From: a virus
Virus record (IMG/VR): IMGVR_UViG_3300046047_000262
Strand: one strand, 5' to 3'
Length of the DNA stretch: 64,000 nucleotides
The position numbers and the translations under genes are program-made. The number at the start of each line of letters is the position of its first letter. Position 1 is the first letter of the stretch. Positions 18,720 through 28,356 of the stretch are shown piece after piece. The notes beneath the pieces were generated by a model. The model was given only the letters and a program-made list of their open reading frames with translations, was not told where the DNA came from and searched no databases.

Positions 18720-19796
18720 TTATTCACACGATGCTATCTTCTGTTGAAGATATGATGCGTCAGATGGGTCAACCGATATACCCCATTTCTGTAATACACC
18801 AACAAAATCCTCGGCATAAGCACACTGATTGGTAGAAGGCATCCATTCCGATGGACCCTTATCACCCTTAGAACGATTAGCAAATGATGACACTGCTATC
18901 AGATGACCAGCGGTAGTATCATTGGCATATTGTTCCTTCTTCTCTGATGACCATGATTGACCGCCATGCGATGCGACATACCCCAATGGCACCACATGAT
19001 CAACATCAATGGTCTGCGTACTGGACATGACATTACCAGTATAAGGATCCTTCAATGATACGGACTCAATGGAACAACCATCAGCAGCAAGCTTTACTGA
19101 CTGTGCCTGCGTGGATACTATCTGTTCCCTGACATTCCAACATGACTTGCCTACACTATCCCATGTTTTCCACTCAGTACGGTTATAATTGACGTTCTGG
19201 GCCGATTGCACATGTAGGGAAGACAGTTCCGATAACGCCGAAGACTTGTTGACATTACCGAAAACATTGGAACCTGTAGTTAACGATGTATCAGTACTGG
19301 TAGAAGAGGATTCATCCAAACTATTCAGATAATCCTCTATCTTAGATTTGGCATCCTTGGCTTTATCCGAGTTCGCTAGTTCCTTGGCTTTATCCTTCAG
19401 CTTTTTCACTGAGTCCGAGTTAACTGAGTCCTTGGCCTTATTATACATCTTACTGTAATCATCCTGTACTTGCGAAGTATCTATGTCATTCAGGGAATCA
19501 TTGTCAACAGATGATGACGTCGGCGAACACGCTGAAAGAGTAGCGGTAATAGAAGCAACGGCCATGATCGAGAATGCGGCCCTACGCATAGTATCATAAC
19601 GATGCTTATTGATCGGAGCTCTATTGGATTGCATTCTGGAAGCGATGACTCGTTCATTGAATTCCTGGGCATCATACTTACTCATGCTTTGGTGCGATGA
19701 ATGATACGTACACTTACTCATATCCTGAGCACGGCATAATGTTACTTCACCCTTATGATTACCTTTAAGTACTACACCGTATATTGCATTACCCAT
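18720..19796 (-). CDS. DUF1524/HNH-family nuclease lipoprotein with N-terminal Cys/His module
   Basis: Lipobox TLSAC; YNRTEW, DPYTG, IDVDHVVPL, NRSKGDKGPSEWMP. Confidence 0.85.
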   Translation of the reverse strand: MGNAIYGVVLKGNHKGEVTLCRAQDMSKCTYHSSHQSMSKYDAQEFNERVIASRMQSNRAPINKHRYDTMRRAAFSIMAVASITATLSACSPTSSSVDNDSLNDIDTSQVQDDYSKMYNKAKDSVNSDSVKKLKDKAKELANSDKAKDAKSKIEDYLNSLDESSSTSTDTSLTTGSNVFGNVNKSSALSELSSLHVQSAQNVNYNRTEWKTWDSVGKSCWNVREQIVSTQAQSVKLAADGCSIESVSLKDPYTGNVMSSTQTIDVDHVVPLGYVASHGGQSWSSEKKEQYANDTTAGHLIAVSSFANRSKGDKGPSEWMPSTNQCAYAEDFVGVLQKWGISVDPSDASYLQQKIASCE

Positions 19797-19858
19797 ATGT
19801 TCTATCTCCTTACTTATGTTAATCTAACTTAATGCAACTGAACAATATGAACTAACTG

Positions 19859-20263
19859 TTATACTATGAAACGAATCTCACCATCATTGAAAGTCATATC
19901 CTTTATAGGCCCTGAACCTGTGGCGATAATATTGATATGCTCAGGCGATTCCCTGACTTTTTTGTAAACATCAGCTATTTTCTTCATTAATGGTAATAGA
20001 TCAATAGATCTTTCCTCATGAATATCCAATAGCTTCTCCCCGAAATCAAACGCATCATCAATACTACTGTTCATAGCATCATTGTCATGAACAGAATCGA
20101 TCTCGGTATCGGACGCACTCATGTCAAGAACATCAGCGAATTCGTTCATATTGACTTTTGATTCCGCATTGGTTATTGGGTCATCGCTGGACTTATCAGA
20201 TGTCGTTCTTGACAGTCCAGCGATGTAGGAAAGATCCTTATCAATCGTGTTGTTACTACTCAT
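19859..20263 (-). CDS. Hypothetical acidic protein
   Basis: 134-aa ORF with RBS. Confidence 0.6.
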   Translation of the reverse strand: MSSNNTIDKDLSYIAGLSRTTSDKSSDDPITNAESKVNMNEFADVLDMSASDTEIDSVHDNDAMNSSIDDAFDFGEKLLDIHEERSIDLLPLMKKIADVYKKVRESPEHINIIATGSGPIKDMTFNDGEIRFIV

Positions 20264-20281
20264 GGAAAGGTCTTCCCCTGT

Positions 20282-20608
20282 TTATTGCCCGTTGAAGGCG
20301 GCGTCACTGTTATTGCTGTTACCAACACTCTTAGCAGCATGTGAGAACATTGATGACAGGATACCGTCCTGACCGAACAGATCAGATCCGAAGAAGATCA
20401 ATGCACCAACAACAGCGGCGATACCAAGGAACGCCAACAGTTTGGTCCATTGCTGACCTCGAATGAAAGTGAACGCGGAAACGGCCACGATAGCTAGGAA
20501 CACTGGTGAAATCCAGTTTTTCAGTATCGATCCCCAGAGTCCGTTCAAACCACCAGTCGAAGCCATGAAGAATATGGCTTGAGTGTATAAGTATGATAGT
20601 GACAGCAT
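20282..20608 (-). CDS. Small two-TM TcpD/VirB2-pilin-like protein
   Basis: NWISPVFLAIVAV..FIRGQQWTKLLAFLGIAAVVGALIF; follows TcpC-like gene; AAGGGAG RBS before MLSLS. Confidence 0.55.
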   Translation of the reverse strand: MLSLSYLYTQAIFFMASTGGLNGLWGSILKNWISPVFLAIVAVSAFTFIRGQQWTKLLAFLGIAAVVGALIFFGSDLFGQDGILSSMFSHAAKSVGNSNNSDAAFNGQ

Positions 20609-20727
20609 TTGCGTTTCTCCCTTTCCTTGCGTACTTCGCACGTACAAGTATTCAATATCACCGATGATTCGGTTATTACACATACATGCTGAAATACAAT
20701 GTAGTACTTATCTAACGAGCTTCATTT

Positions 20728-22263
20728 TCAATTGGTACCTGAGGAAGATATCGACGCATCCGACGCAACATAATACTGGTACGGTTGGATGTCCTTGATA
20801 AGGTATTTCTTATCGGAAATAGGTTTCACGTACAATATATACTTGCTCTGGTATCCTATAGAACTATCCCCTGTAACAGTGTCTTTCCAAGCTACTGTTA
20901 CCAATGCTCGATAGTAACCATCATTATTAACAGGACCATATATCTTATAGGAGAGATCGCCCGCACGTGATACCAGACCATTCATACCTTGTAACGCCGC
21001 GGAAGTGCGGTCAGGTGTAGTCATAGTGCTTAACGTGGATTGTTTGGATGATGCCCATGCATCCATGTAATCGGTGAGCGTCTGAGTCATAGGAGTAGTC
21101 TCTTTACTCTTATCCTCTTGTCCATCTCCCGGTAGTTTGGTATCAGGGGCATTAGCCTGTTGTATTGTCTTTATATCAGGAATGATATTAGGTGAATCCT
21201 TTGATATCAGGAACGAATCCGATTTTGAGTCATAGTACACACCGACGTCAAAAAACATCCACTTATAGATGACATTGCCCTCACCATCCTTGACCTGTGC
21301 GCCAGATGTCGTATCAACCTGATAGACTAATGCACCTATAGTATAATCACCTGTTTTTGGTGTCAATGACTTACTGGAATACACGTATGGGCCGTATTCG
21401 ATACGCTGTCCGACGTTACCAGTGATATTAGCATTCCCTAATGTAGTAGCACCTTGACTGGATTGAGCATCAGCAGATGTCTTACCATTATAGAATACAT
21501 CAAGCAACTTTGAAGAAGAAGCATCTCCACCAAGCATAAGGTATGCTTGCATGAACTGCGTAGCAACACCTTGACCACGTGTTAAAGGGAACCCCGTGTC
21601 GCCATATTCAGCTGACGCTATAGACTGCACATCAGATTCAGTAAGTTCCTGTTTCGGTACGATGACATTGAAGATGGCTAATCCGACTATCACAATAACA
21701 ACCGCAATGATAAATATTCTGAATATATTAGCCTGTTTACGTCGATCGATCTTCTTATCGGAGTTATCCTCCATAGAGGTTTTCCTAGAATGCCTTTTAT
21801 CAACCGTATCGTTCTTCAGATTCTTTTCAAGCTGTTTCTTAACTTTCTTGCGTTTAGTATCAGCGATTTCACTATTCCGCTTCTCAGCAGCTAACTTAGC
21901 TTCCTGAATTTCACGATTAAGATCGTCCTGAGATGGAAGGTCATCATCAACAGAAGATTTATCCTCAGTATCCTCAGTTGTACTATCTGGTTCCGTAATG
22001 TCATCATCAATGAGATCATCATCGATCGAAGAATCATGCTCATCCAAAAGCTCTGTATCGTGAGATTGATCATCCTGTTCCTGATCATCATTGAAATAGT
22101 TGATATCATCACCATCAAGTGAGTCATCTGAAAACAAACTGTCATCATCGTCCGCAGACGGCTCACTTGCATTAAAATCAAGTGAAGGCAACTCATCGCC
22201 CTCATCAAGTTCTACTCTGACCTGATCATCATCCTGATTGGTTCTTCTTCTTGGTAGTGCCAT
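20728..22263 (-). CDS. Conjugal transfer protein TcpC-like (VirB8-like) with long acidic N-terminus
   Basis: One TM then two NTF2-like domains (FPLTRGQGVATQFMQAYL; TLTDYMDAWAS; ALVTVAW; YQSKYIL). Confidence 0.7.
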   Translation of the reverse strand: MALPRRRTNQDDDQVRVELDEGDELPSLDFNASEPSADDDDSLFSDDSLDGDDINYFNDDQEQDDQSHDTELLDEHDSSIDDDLIDDDITEPDSTTEDTEDKSSVDDDLPSQDDLNREIQEAKLAAEKRNSEIADTKRKKVKKQLEKNLKNDTVDKRHSRKTSMEDNSDKKIDRRKQANIFRIFIIAVVIVIVGLAIFNVIVPKQELTESDVQSIASAEYGDTGFPLTRGQGVATQFMQAYLMLGGDASSSKLLDVFYNGKTSADAQSSQGATTLGNANITGNVGQRIEYGPYVYSSKSLTPKTGDYTIGALVYQVDTTSGAQVKDGEGNVIYKWMFFDVGVYYDSKSDSFLISKDSPNIIPDIKTIQQANAPDTKLPGDGQEDKSKETTPMTQTLTDYMDAWASSKQSTLSTMTTPDRTSAALQGMNGLVSRAGDLSYKIYGPVNNDGYYRALVTVAWKDTVTGDSSIGYQSKYILYVKPISDKKYLIKDIQPYQYYVASDASISSSGTN

Positions 22264-22271
22264 AGAAAAGG

Positions 22272-22278
22272 AATATCG
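22272..22278 (-). promoter_or_regulatory. Class B motif CGATATT before tcpC-like gene
   Basis: Exactly 8 nt before ATG at 22263, no Shine-Dalgarno. Confidence 0.55.
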
Positions 22279-22295
22279 CTTTTACACACGAAAGA

Positions 22296-23171
22296 CTACT
22301 TCAAGGATTTCTGGAACGACTGTAACCACTTGATCGCACCATCAACATTATCCAGTAAGGTCTTCTTATCCTTAGCATCCTTGAATGCACCGGCAACATC
22401 ATAAGGATTACCAAGTGACGAGAAAGAACTGAAAATGTACTGTAACTGCCATACATCGGGGTTATCATCAGCATTCTTATTGGATTCAGAGAAATCAGCA
22501 TCTACAGATGGAGCCACGTCTGCGTCGAGATCAATGTCCTCATCAGCAGTACTACCAGAATTACTTGATGAAAGCCTATCGGGACTAGAGGAACGCTTAC
22601 TATCCAGACCTGCGAACGAATCCTCCTGAACGGCTTCTTCTTTCTCCTGTTTCACCGCTGCTTTGGCTTCCTTTTTCTCAGCCCTGGCATCACTGACGAT
22701 CTTACCAACAGTACTCGCAGCTTCATCAGGCGAGACCTTAGAGGTCTTATCCTTGATCGTTTTGGTGATTCTGGGGAGTTCGGCTTTGATATCCCTTGCC
22801 TCTTTCTCGGTAAGGGATACAGGAGTACCATCAGGAACCACCGATTCTATCTCCTTGATGACGTTAGCCTGATTGATCAACTGATATGATCGTGATGTGG
22901 TCATATCGAACTCTTTGGTGACGTATTGTTCCCAAGTATCATAACCTAATGACTTCCATGCTTTACCATCATGTGCGCGTTTTACCAAGATGTAAGTTGC
23001 TGTAGCCGCAGCACGAATGGAATTAGTCAATTCCTCAGCGGCAGCCTTGGTCATGACACCCTCATCAAGTAACTCTTTATCAGTGGCCGATAAGGTCTGT
23101 ACTTGCTTTTCAGCGTGTTCCTCGGCATATGCTTCACCGTCAACGATCTGATCAATATAATCTGGCATCAT
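22296..23171 (-). CDS. Hypothetical protein with putative HTH-like region
   Basis: AWKSLGYDTWEQYVTKEFDMTTSRSYQLI motif of a kind common in mobile elements. Confidence 0.6.
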   Translation of the reverse strand: MMPDYIDQIVDGEAYAEEHAEKQVQTLSATDKELLDEGVMTKAAAEELTNSIRAAATATYILVKRAHDGKAWKSLGYDTWEQYVTKEFDMTTSRSYQLINQANVIKEIESVVPDGTPVSLTEKEARDIKAELPRITKTIKDKTSKVSPDEAASTVGKIVSDARAEKKEAKAAVKQEKEEAVQEDSFAGLDSKRSSSPDRLSSSNSGSTADEDIDLDADVAPSVDADFSESNKNADDNPDVWQLQYIFSSFSSLGNPYDVAGAFKDAKDKKTLLDNVDGAIKWLQSFQKSLK

Positions 23172-24220
23172 TTCTCCTTAATGTTCGATGGTTCAATATC
23201 ATCTTTTATTGTTTTTCTAATTTTCAATACATCACGAGCAGATGATACGGGAGCATTCGCGAATAGAAGATACGTATCCTTTACCCTTGATTGCATCATA
23301 CGTTCAGACCCGGTACCATCCATCATACCTACATATTCAAAGTTGTTGCCATCCGCTACTGGAAGTGCAAGAATACGTGGTTCATCCTTAGTATCATTGT
23401 TCCAACCCATAGTATCAACGAACACAATCACCAGATCGGATTTTATCTTCTTCCTGAACTTATACGTCCAGAACAACATGAATGGAAGAACGGACTTCCT
23501 ATGATATGAAAGCCTACCATGCTTGTTCTCCTTGAACTCTGCATCAAGAACCATAGGAATGAATACATATGTTGGCAAATTCTCACCGTAACATAGCAGA
23601 TTGTCATATTTACCTGGTAACGTACCATACTTATACTTACGAGTAAGAGCGGACATACCCGTTCTGATACTTTCAGTATCCTTCCATAATCCTTGACGAA
23701 TAATATGAGGTGATGATTTACCGATCCGCGAAGGAATGATGCTGACTTTCATGATCAGGAAGAAGAACACCAAAGTTGTAATAAAAGCAGAAATCGAAAC
23801 TACGAGTATACCGAAAGGCATCAATGAGTAGGAGAATACGAATGCCAATAAGACTGATACCAATGACGCCATCCACTTGCTTCGGGTGGATACCAAGTAT
23901 AGGGAACATGCTATGCACGTTGCATATGCCGATATGAGGGCGGCACCCCATATGGTGCCGCCGGCCGCCGAACCAGTCAATGAGTAACCTGACATCACGG
24001 CGAACATAGAAGCCACACCCATGATGAAGATCGATATAAACGATTTCATGAGTACACGGGCATGAGACCACAATAATGCTAACAGTATGATCGCAATGAC
24101 ACCAACAACAGGTTTCCACCAATCCTTAGCACTGGAATACAGGACAGCGGTTTCGATCACGATGAATCCTGCGACCATTATGGATATGTACTTGAAATGC
24201 TCATTAATGTATGTTCTCAT
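23168..24220 (-). CDS. Multi-TM membrane protein with cytoplasmic C-terminal domain
   Basis: About six TM segments then a basic domain, possibly degenerate NERD-like. Confidence 0.65.
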   Translation of the reverse strand: MRTYINEHFKYISIMVAGFIVIETAVLYSSAKDWWKPVVGVIAIILLALLWSHARVLMKSFISIFIMGVASMFAVMSGYSLTGSAAGGTIWGAALISAYATCIACSLYLVSTRSKWMASLVSVLLAFVFSYSLMPFGILVVSISAFITTLVFFFLIMKVSIIPSRIGKSSPHIIRQGLWKDTESIRTGMSALTRKYKYGTLPGKYDNLLCYGENLPTYVFIPMVLDAEFKENKHGRLSYHRKSVLPFMLFWTYKFRKKIKSDLVIVFVDTMGWNNDTKDEPRILALPVADGNNFEYVGMMDGTGSERMMQSRVKDTYLLFANAPVSSARDVLKIRKTIKDDIEPSNIKEK

Positions 24221-24229
24221 ATGAATACC

Positions 24230-24892
24230 TTATTTACTGGAACTACTTGAACTGCTGCTTGAAGAAGCCGATGCCTCTGACATACGGATCTTCGCGGACA
24301 TCGTGTACCCTAGATAATCACCGTCAAACACCCATTGCGAACCCGACCATTTCAATACTATAGTGATGTCTGCAGGAACACTGTCCACCGCTTCTAACGG
24401 GATGTACACAAGACCCCGCTCCTTATCGACTGATACGAGTTTAAGGTTCGTCTTTAACGTGGGAACCTTCGATAAGACAGTACCGTATGTCTGTGATGCC
24501 ATGATGATAGCAGAGTATGCGGATGCTGACATTACCGACTTTGAGATCGTTCTTGATGATGCTGATACATCATCGGTAAACTCCAAAGCGTTCCGCGTCT
24601 TCTCAGGTATGAACGAAAAATCGCCTGATGACAGTTTCGTCAACTGCGTCGATGATGTACTAAAGAAGTCCGCTGGAACAGTCTTATTGATTTCCGTGAA
24701 CCTGTCTATGACCCAATCGGTAGCGGATGTAGCCGCATCAGCGGGCATGCCCTTCGTGATCCCTTGTGAAGAACTCGACGTGGTAGTAGTATTGGACGCT
24801 GAGTTAACTCCAAGTAAGATGGCGAGAATCAACGATACCATGACTGAAATGCTGGTGATGATTATCCATATGGTATTATTTGTTGGTTTCAT
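24230..24892 (-). CDS. Membrane-anchored secreted protein
   Basis: N-terminal TM, poly-Ser tail. Confidence 0.65.
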   Translation of the reverse strand: MKPTNNTIWIIITSISVMVSLILAILLGVNSASNTTTTSSSSQGITKGMPADAATSATDWVIDRFTEINKTVPADFFSTSSTQLTKLSSGDFSFIPEKTRNALEFTDDVSASSRTISKSVMSASAYSAIIMASQTYGTVLSKVPTLKTNLKLVSVDKERGLVYIPLEAVDSVPADITIVLKWSGSQWVFDGDYLGYTMSAKIRMSEASASSSSSSSSSSK

Positions 24893-25313
24893 GATTCCAC
24901 CTGTTCTTTCTTATGTAGTATATGATGACTGGAATGACGGCCATAACCAGCCCCATGATGACAATGGCAACATACCCGTATTGAGAATACTGGTATATCT
25001 GACTTGCGGCATCAATGGAATCCCCACCAAGATTAGTTTTAATATCCTGTGAAGCCGCCGATGTCGAATCGGAGATACTTTTGTACATGCTACTGGAAGC
25101 TATCGCCGCATATGGTTGTAATGATTGAATCACCGAAGCATATACTACTATCAGTATACCAATGATAACAGCCATTGCGATCAATGTCTTCTTAGGGAAC
25201 CCAGGGGCGTTTTTCGACTGATGATGGGTATTGTTCTTACGGGAGTTCACTCCTGGTGTCATTCCATTGCGTTTAAGGAATTCCAGTTCATCATCACTCA
25301 ATTGCTCACTCAT
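24876..25313 (-). CDS. Two-TM membrane protein
   Basis: Two hydrophobic segments, overlaps neighbours. Confidence 0.65.
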   Translation of the reverse strand: MSEQLSDDELEFLKRNGMTPGVNSRKNNTHHQSKNAPGFPKKTLIAMAVIIGILIVVYASVIQSLQPYAAIASSSMYKSISDSTSAASQDIKTNLGGDSIDAASQIYQYSQYGYVAIVIMGLVMAVIPVIIYYIRKNRWNHETNK

Positions 25314-26260
25314 GATTGCATGATCTCCAATGATACTTGTAGGATCTTATCTATAGGGTATATGAAGGACATGGATGATTGTGGGAAGTCCTCAATAAGT
25401 TTCTCAAGGATCTGAGCAGCGTCACGAATGCTTTCCAATGTATCATTACGTGCGGGTTGACGGGTAACTCCTGAATCCTTCAATGACATGCCTATAATAT
25501 CCGCCAGATCATTCAATTGCCTGGCGTTCAAAGACATCAGGAAGAATGCTCTATCAGCACCTGTTTTCCCGTATGCGGTGATGAAATCATGTACAGCGTC
25601 CCTGATATGAGGATCGATTTCAATGACATCTTTGATGATGTCAGCTTCACCGTCTATTTTTCTGTTGTCACTGCGTGATTGACGAAGAGCTTCCAAGAAT
25701 CCTGCAACAGTCTGCTGCATGTTCTCATCCAGGGCCCTGTATGCTTTCAATATTAAGATGATCTTCTTAATCAGATCGATGCTGATGGGATCAGGAACAA
25801 AGCTACGGGAAGGCTTAACCTGCTGGGTAACTATAGGCTCACGAACATTCCGCTGTTGTTGGACATGCTCAGGTATCGTTTCATACGATGGTGATTGCAC
25901 CGTACGCGGTGGTTGCATATCCAAATCGGGAACCTTAGGTGCAGGAGTATGTTGCTGATGCGTATCAGGTGCATTGAGATCGGCGAAAGCACTCTCGATA
26001 TCAGCAATTTCATCATTGGTGACCCCAGTGTTAGAGGTGTTTTTCATAGAGGATACCGTGGTATTCTCTATAATAGGCGATACATTCGACAATGAATCAT
26101 CACCAAAACCTAGAAGGTCATCATCAGGATCGTTGACAGGTGCCTTAGTAGGTACAGGAACCGCCATTCTCGGTTCCTGTTTTTTCTCGGGTTCAGTAAT
26201 TGATGCCTCATCGTCAGTGCCGTCATCGAGAAGATCAAATCCGTCCAAATCGTCATCCAT
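25310..26260 (-). CDS. Hypothetical protein with acidic disordered N-terminus
   Basis: Start moved to MDDDLDG behind AAGAAGGA RBS. Confidence 0.65.
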   Translation of the reverse strand: MDDDLDGFDLLDDGTDDEASITEPEKKQEPRMAVPVPTKAPVNDPDDDLLGFGDDSLSNVSPIIENTTVSSMKNTSNTGVTNDEIADIESAFADLNAPDTHQQHTPAPKVPDLDMQPPRTVQSPSYETIPEHVQQQRNVREPIVTQQVKPSRSFVPDPISIDLIKKIILILKAYRALDENMQQTVAGFLEALRQSRSDNRKIDGEADIIKDVIEIDPHIRDAVHDFITAYGKTGADRAFFLMSLNARQLNDLADIIGMSLKDSGVTRQPARNDTLESIRDAAQILEKLIEDFPQSSMSFIYPIDKILQVSLEIMQS

Positions 26261-26262
26261 GC

Positions 26263-28254
26263 TTATTGTTCCTTCTTGTTCACAGAAAATGTAATGCATT
26301 GTACATTATCATCGTATTCCATCGTAATAATATCGCTTTTATCCGTTTCATCATGCGATCCATTAGAGATGAATATATTAGCTATCTTGATGACGATCTG
26401 ATTCCGTATCACTCTCTGGAGTTCCCTAGCTCCGAATTGTTGTGAATCAGATTGATCCAATAGCCAATCGATCGTATGCTCATCCAAGTTGATGTTGAGT
26501 TCGTATTGAGGATGGTTCACCATGATCAGATTCGCAAGGTCTTTTAATTGTAGATGAATAATATCCTTGAGACTTTGACGATCAAGAGCATTGAAAATGT
26601 ATATACCATCGAGTCTATTGATGAATTCAACCAAGAAATACTTGGATAATGACTTTCTGAACATTCCATCACGTTCAGCAGTATCGGCCGCAGGACTAAT
26701 ATTACCGAATCCTGATCGTGTATGCAACGTGTCGGCATTGCCGAGGTTCGTCGTCATGATAAAAATACAATTCGTGAAATCAACGGTCTTGCCCTTACCA
26801 TCGGTCATTCTCCCGCTATCGAATACCTGAAGGAATGCGTTCCATACCTTGGAATGGGCTTTCTCGGCTTCATCGAGCAGGATGATCGACTGTGGATGCT
26901 CATCAACCTCATTCGTCAATTGGCCACCATCATCTGACCCGATAAGCCCAGGTGCAGACCCAAACAGCTTGGAAACAGTGTATTCCTCTGAGTACTCGCT
27001 CATATCCAATCTCACGAAATGAGCCTGTTTGGTAAAAACCTCATCAGCCAAAGCCTTAGCAAGTGCTGTCTTTCCTACACCAGATGGTCCTTGGAAGATA
27101 AACGATGCAACGGGTCTATCCTTACGTCGTAATTTGGCAGCATCGATCTTTAATGTTTCACATACTCTATCAATCACATCATCCTGATGAATAATCCGTT
27201 TCTTTAGTCTGTCACTTAAGGACATGATATCTTTATATGGAAGGATCTTAGGCTTCTTCTTCGTTTTTTTAAGTACGGGTTCCGAATCCTCGACATTCTG
27301 GTCCTCGGGTTCACCGAAGATAGCAGCAAGACTACTTCCCTGCGGAATAAGAAAGCGAGTCGACGTCGAATCATCAAGATAATCCAGATCGGTAAGATTC
27401 ACCGGATGCTGTTCAAACACCTCCTTGGTAAGAGACCGCATCATCTTGTTATCAGGTTCCACATTATGCTCCAGCATTGTTGCATGTAGGAATTCAAGAT
27501 GATCTACACAGATTCCAATAGGTATTTCAACGATATCATTCTTCTTGGGAAACCTTTTAGAATCGGGGTCAACGATACCCAGACGATAAATATCCTTTAA
27601 GAACTCTTCTATCATGGTATCGTTAAGATGGGAATCATACTGAGGCTCGAATTTCAGCTTGTTAACAGTCTTCATCTCATTAACAAAACTCTCCCACGTC
27701 ATCTCAAAATCATCCATGTCAACGATCTCAAACGCACTGACCAATGAATGATCCTTCATCAACAGGGAGCCCGTTTCCTCCCTATCTAGTTCAAGAATCA
27801 TGGATACATGCGGACATGCCATATGAATATAAGCCGCTATATCAGGAGCATCAACGTATAGAACATGTTTGTTTCTAGGATATTGAACCGCACTATCCTC
27901 AAAATCAATAAGAGCATCATCAAGGGCGGACTTACCATCATCGGATGAATACGCGATACGATAAGCACCAGAATCGACCTTGGTAATCGAACGACGCTCA
28001 TAAGCAGAAGGCAACGTATCCAGGTTCTTACCCAATTGTTCTATGATGAATGACTTACCCGACATGATATCACCTGACACGATAATGGACTTTGATTTAG
28101 TGACATAGTTCAGTATCCTATTAAGGATCATGACCATCTTCAATGCTTCCCGCGGAATACCATCCAATGGTCTGACATCATATTCACCTGGCTTTGGGAA
28201 CGACTTAAAGACATTATCCAAATAATTACCGTATAATTGCTCCTGATCTGTCAT
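26263..28254 (-). CDS. Clp/Hsp100 ATPase (ClpA/C-like), degenerate first AAA module
   Basis: D1 GDIMSGKS/LYVDAP; D2 GPSGVGKT, RLDMSEY, IILLDEAEKAH, DSGRMTDGKG, FINRLD, FGARELQR. Confidence 0.88.
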   Translation of the reverse strand: MTDQEQLYGNYLDNVFKSFPKPGEYDVRPLDGIPREALKMVMILNRILNYVTKSKSIIVSGDIMSGKSFIIEQLGKNLDTLPSAYERRSITKVDSGAYRIAYSSDDGKSALDDALIDFEDSAVQYPRNKHVLYVDAPDIAAYIHMACPHVSMILELDREETGSLLMKDHSLVSAFEIVDMDDFEMTWESFVNEMKTVNKLKFEPQYDSHLNDTMIEEFLKDIYRLGIVDPDSKRFPKKNDIVEIPIGICVDHLEFLHATMLEHNVEPDNKMMRSLTKEVFEQHPVNLTDLDYLDDSTSTRFLIPQGSSLAAIFGEPEDQNVEDSEPVLKKTKKKPKILPYKDIMSLSDRLKKRIIHQDDVIDRVCETLKIDAAKLRRKDRPVASFIFQGPSGVGKTALAKALADEVFTKQAHFVRLDMSEYSEEYTVSKLFGSAPGLIGSDDGGQLTNEVDEHPQSIILLDEAEKAHSKVWNAFLQVFDSGRMTDGKGKTVDFTNCIFIMTTNLGNADTLHTRSGFGNISPAADTAERDGMFRKSLSKYFLVEFINRLDGIYIFNALDRQSLKDIIHLQLKDLANLIMVNHPQYELNINLDEHTIDWLLDQSDSQQFGARELQRVIRNQIVIKIANIFISNGSHDETDKSDIITMEYDDNVQCITFSVNKKEQ

Positions 28255-28260
28255 GTATAT

Positions 28261-28269
28261 ATTATACCA
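28261..28269 (-). promoter_or_regulatory. Class A extended -10 (TGGTATAAT), leaderless clp
   Basis: Exactly 6 nt before ATG at 28254. Confidence 0.75.
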
Positions 28270-28356
28270 GAACTCACTGCAAAAAATATGAGAATGCCCG
28301 TGAGAACAAGGAATAACAACTGTTCCCACGGGCAACACGACTTGTTACCAATGAAT

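Noticed and set aside
19560-19600. Twin-arginine (Tat) signal in the HNH lipoprotein (MRRAAF)
   Set aside because: Does not fit S/T-R-R-x-F-L consensus spacing
26329-26334. GATATT sites inside coding regions (e.g. 26329)
   Set aside because: Such sites are expected by chance, including from Asp-Ile codon pairs; only intergenic or fixed-offset sites were counted
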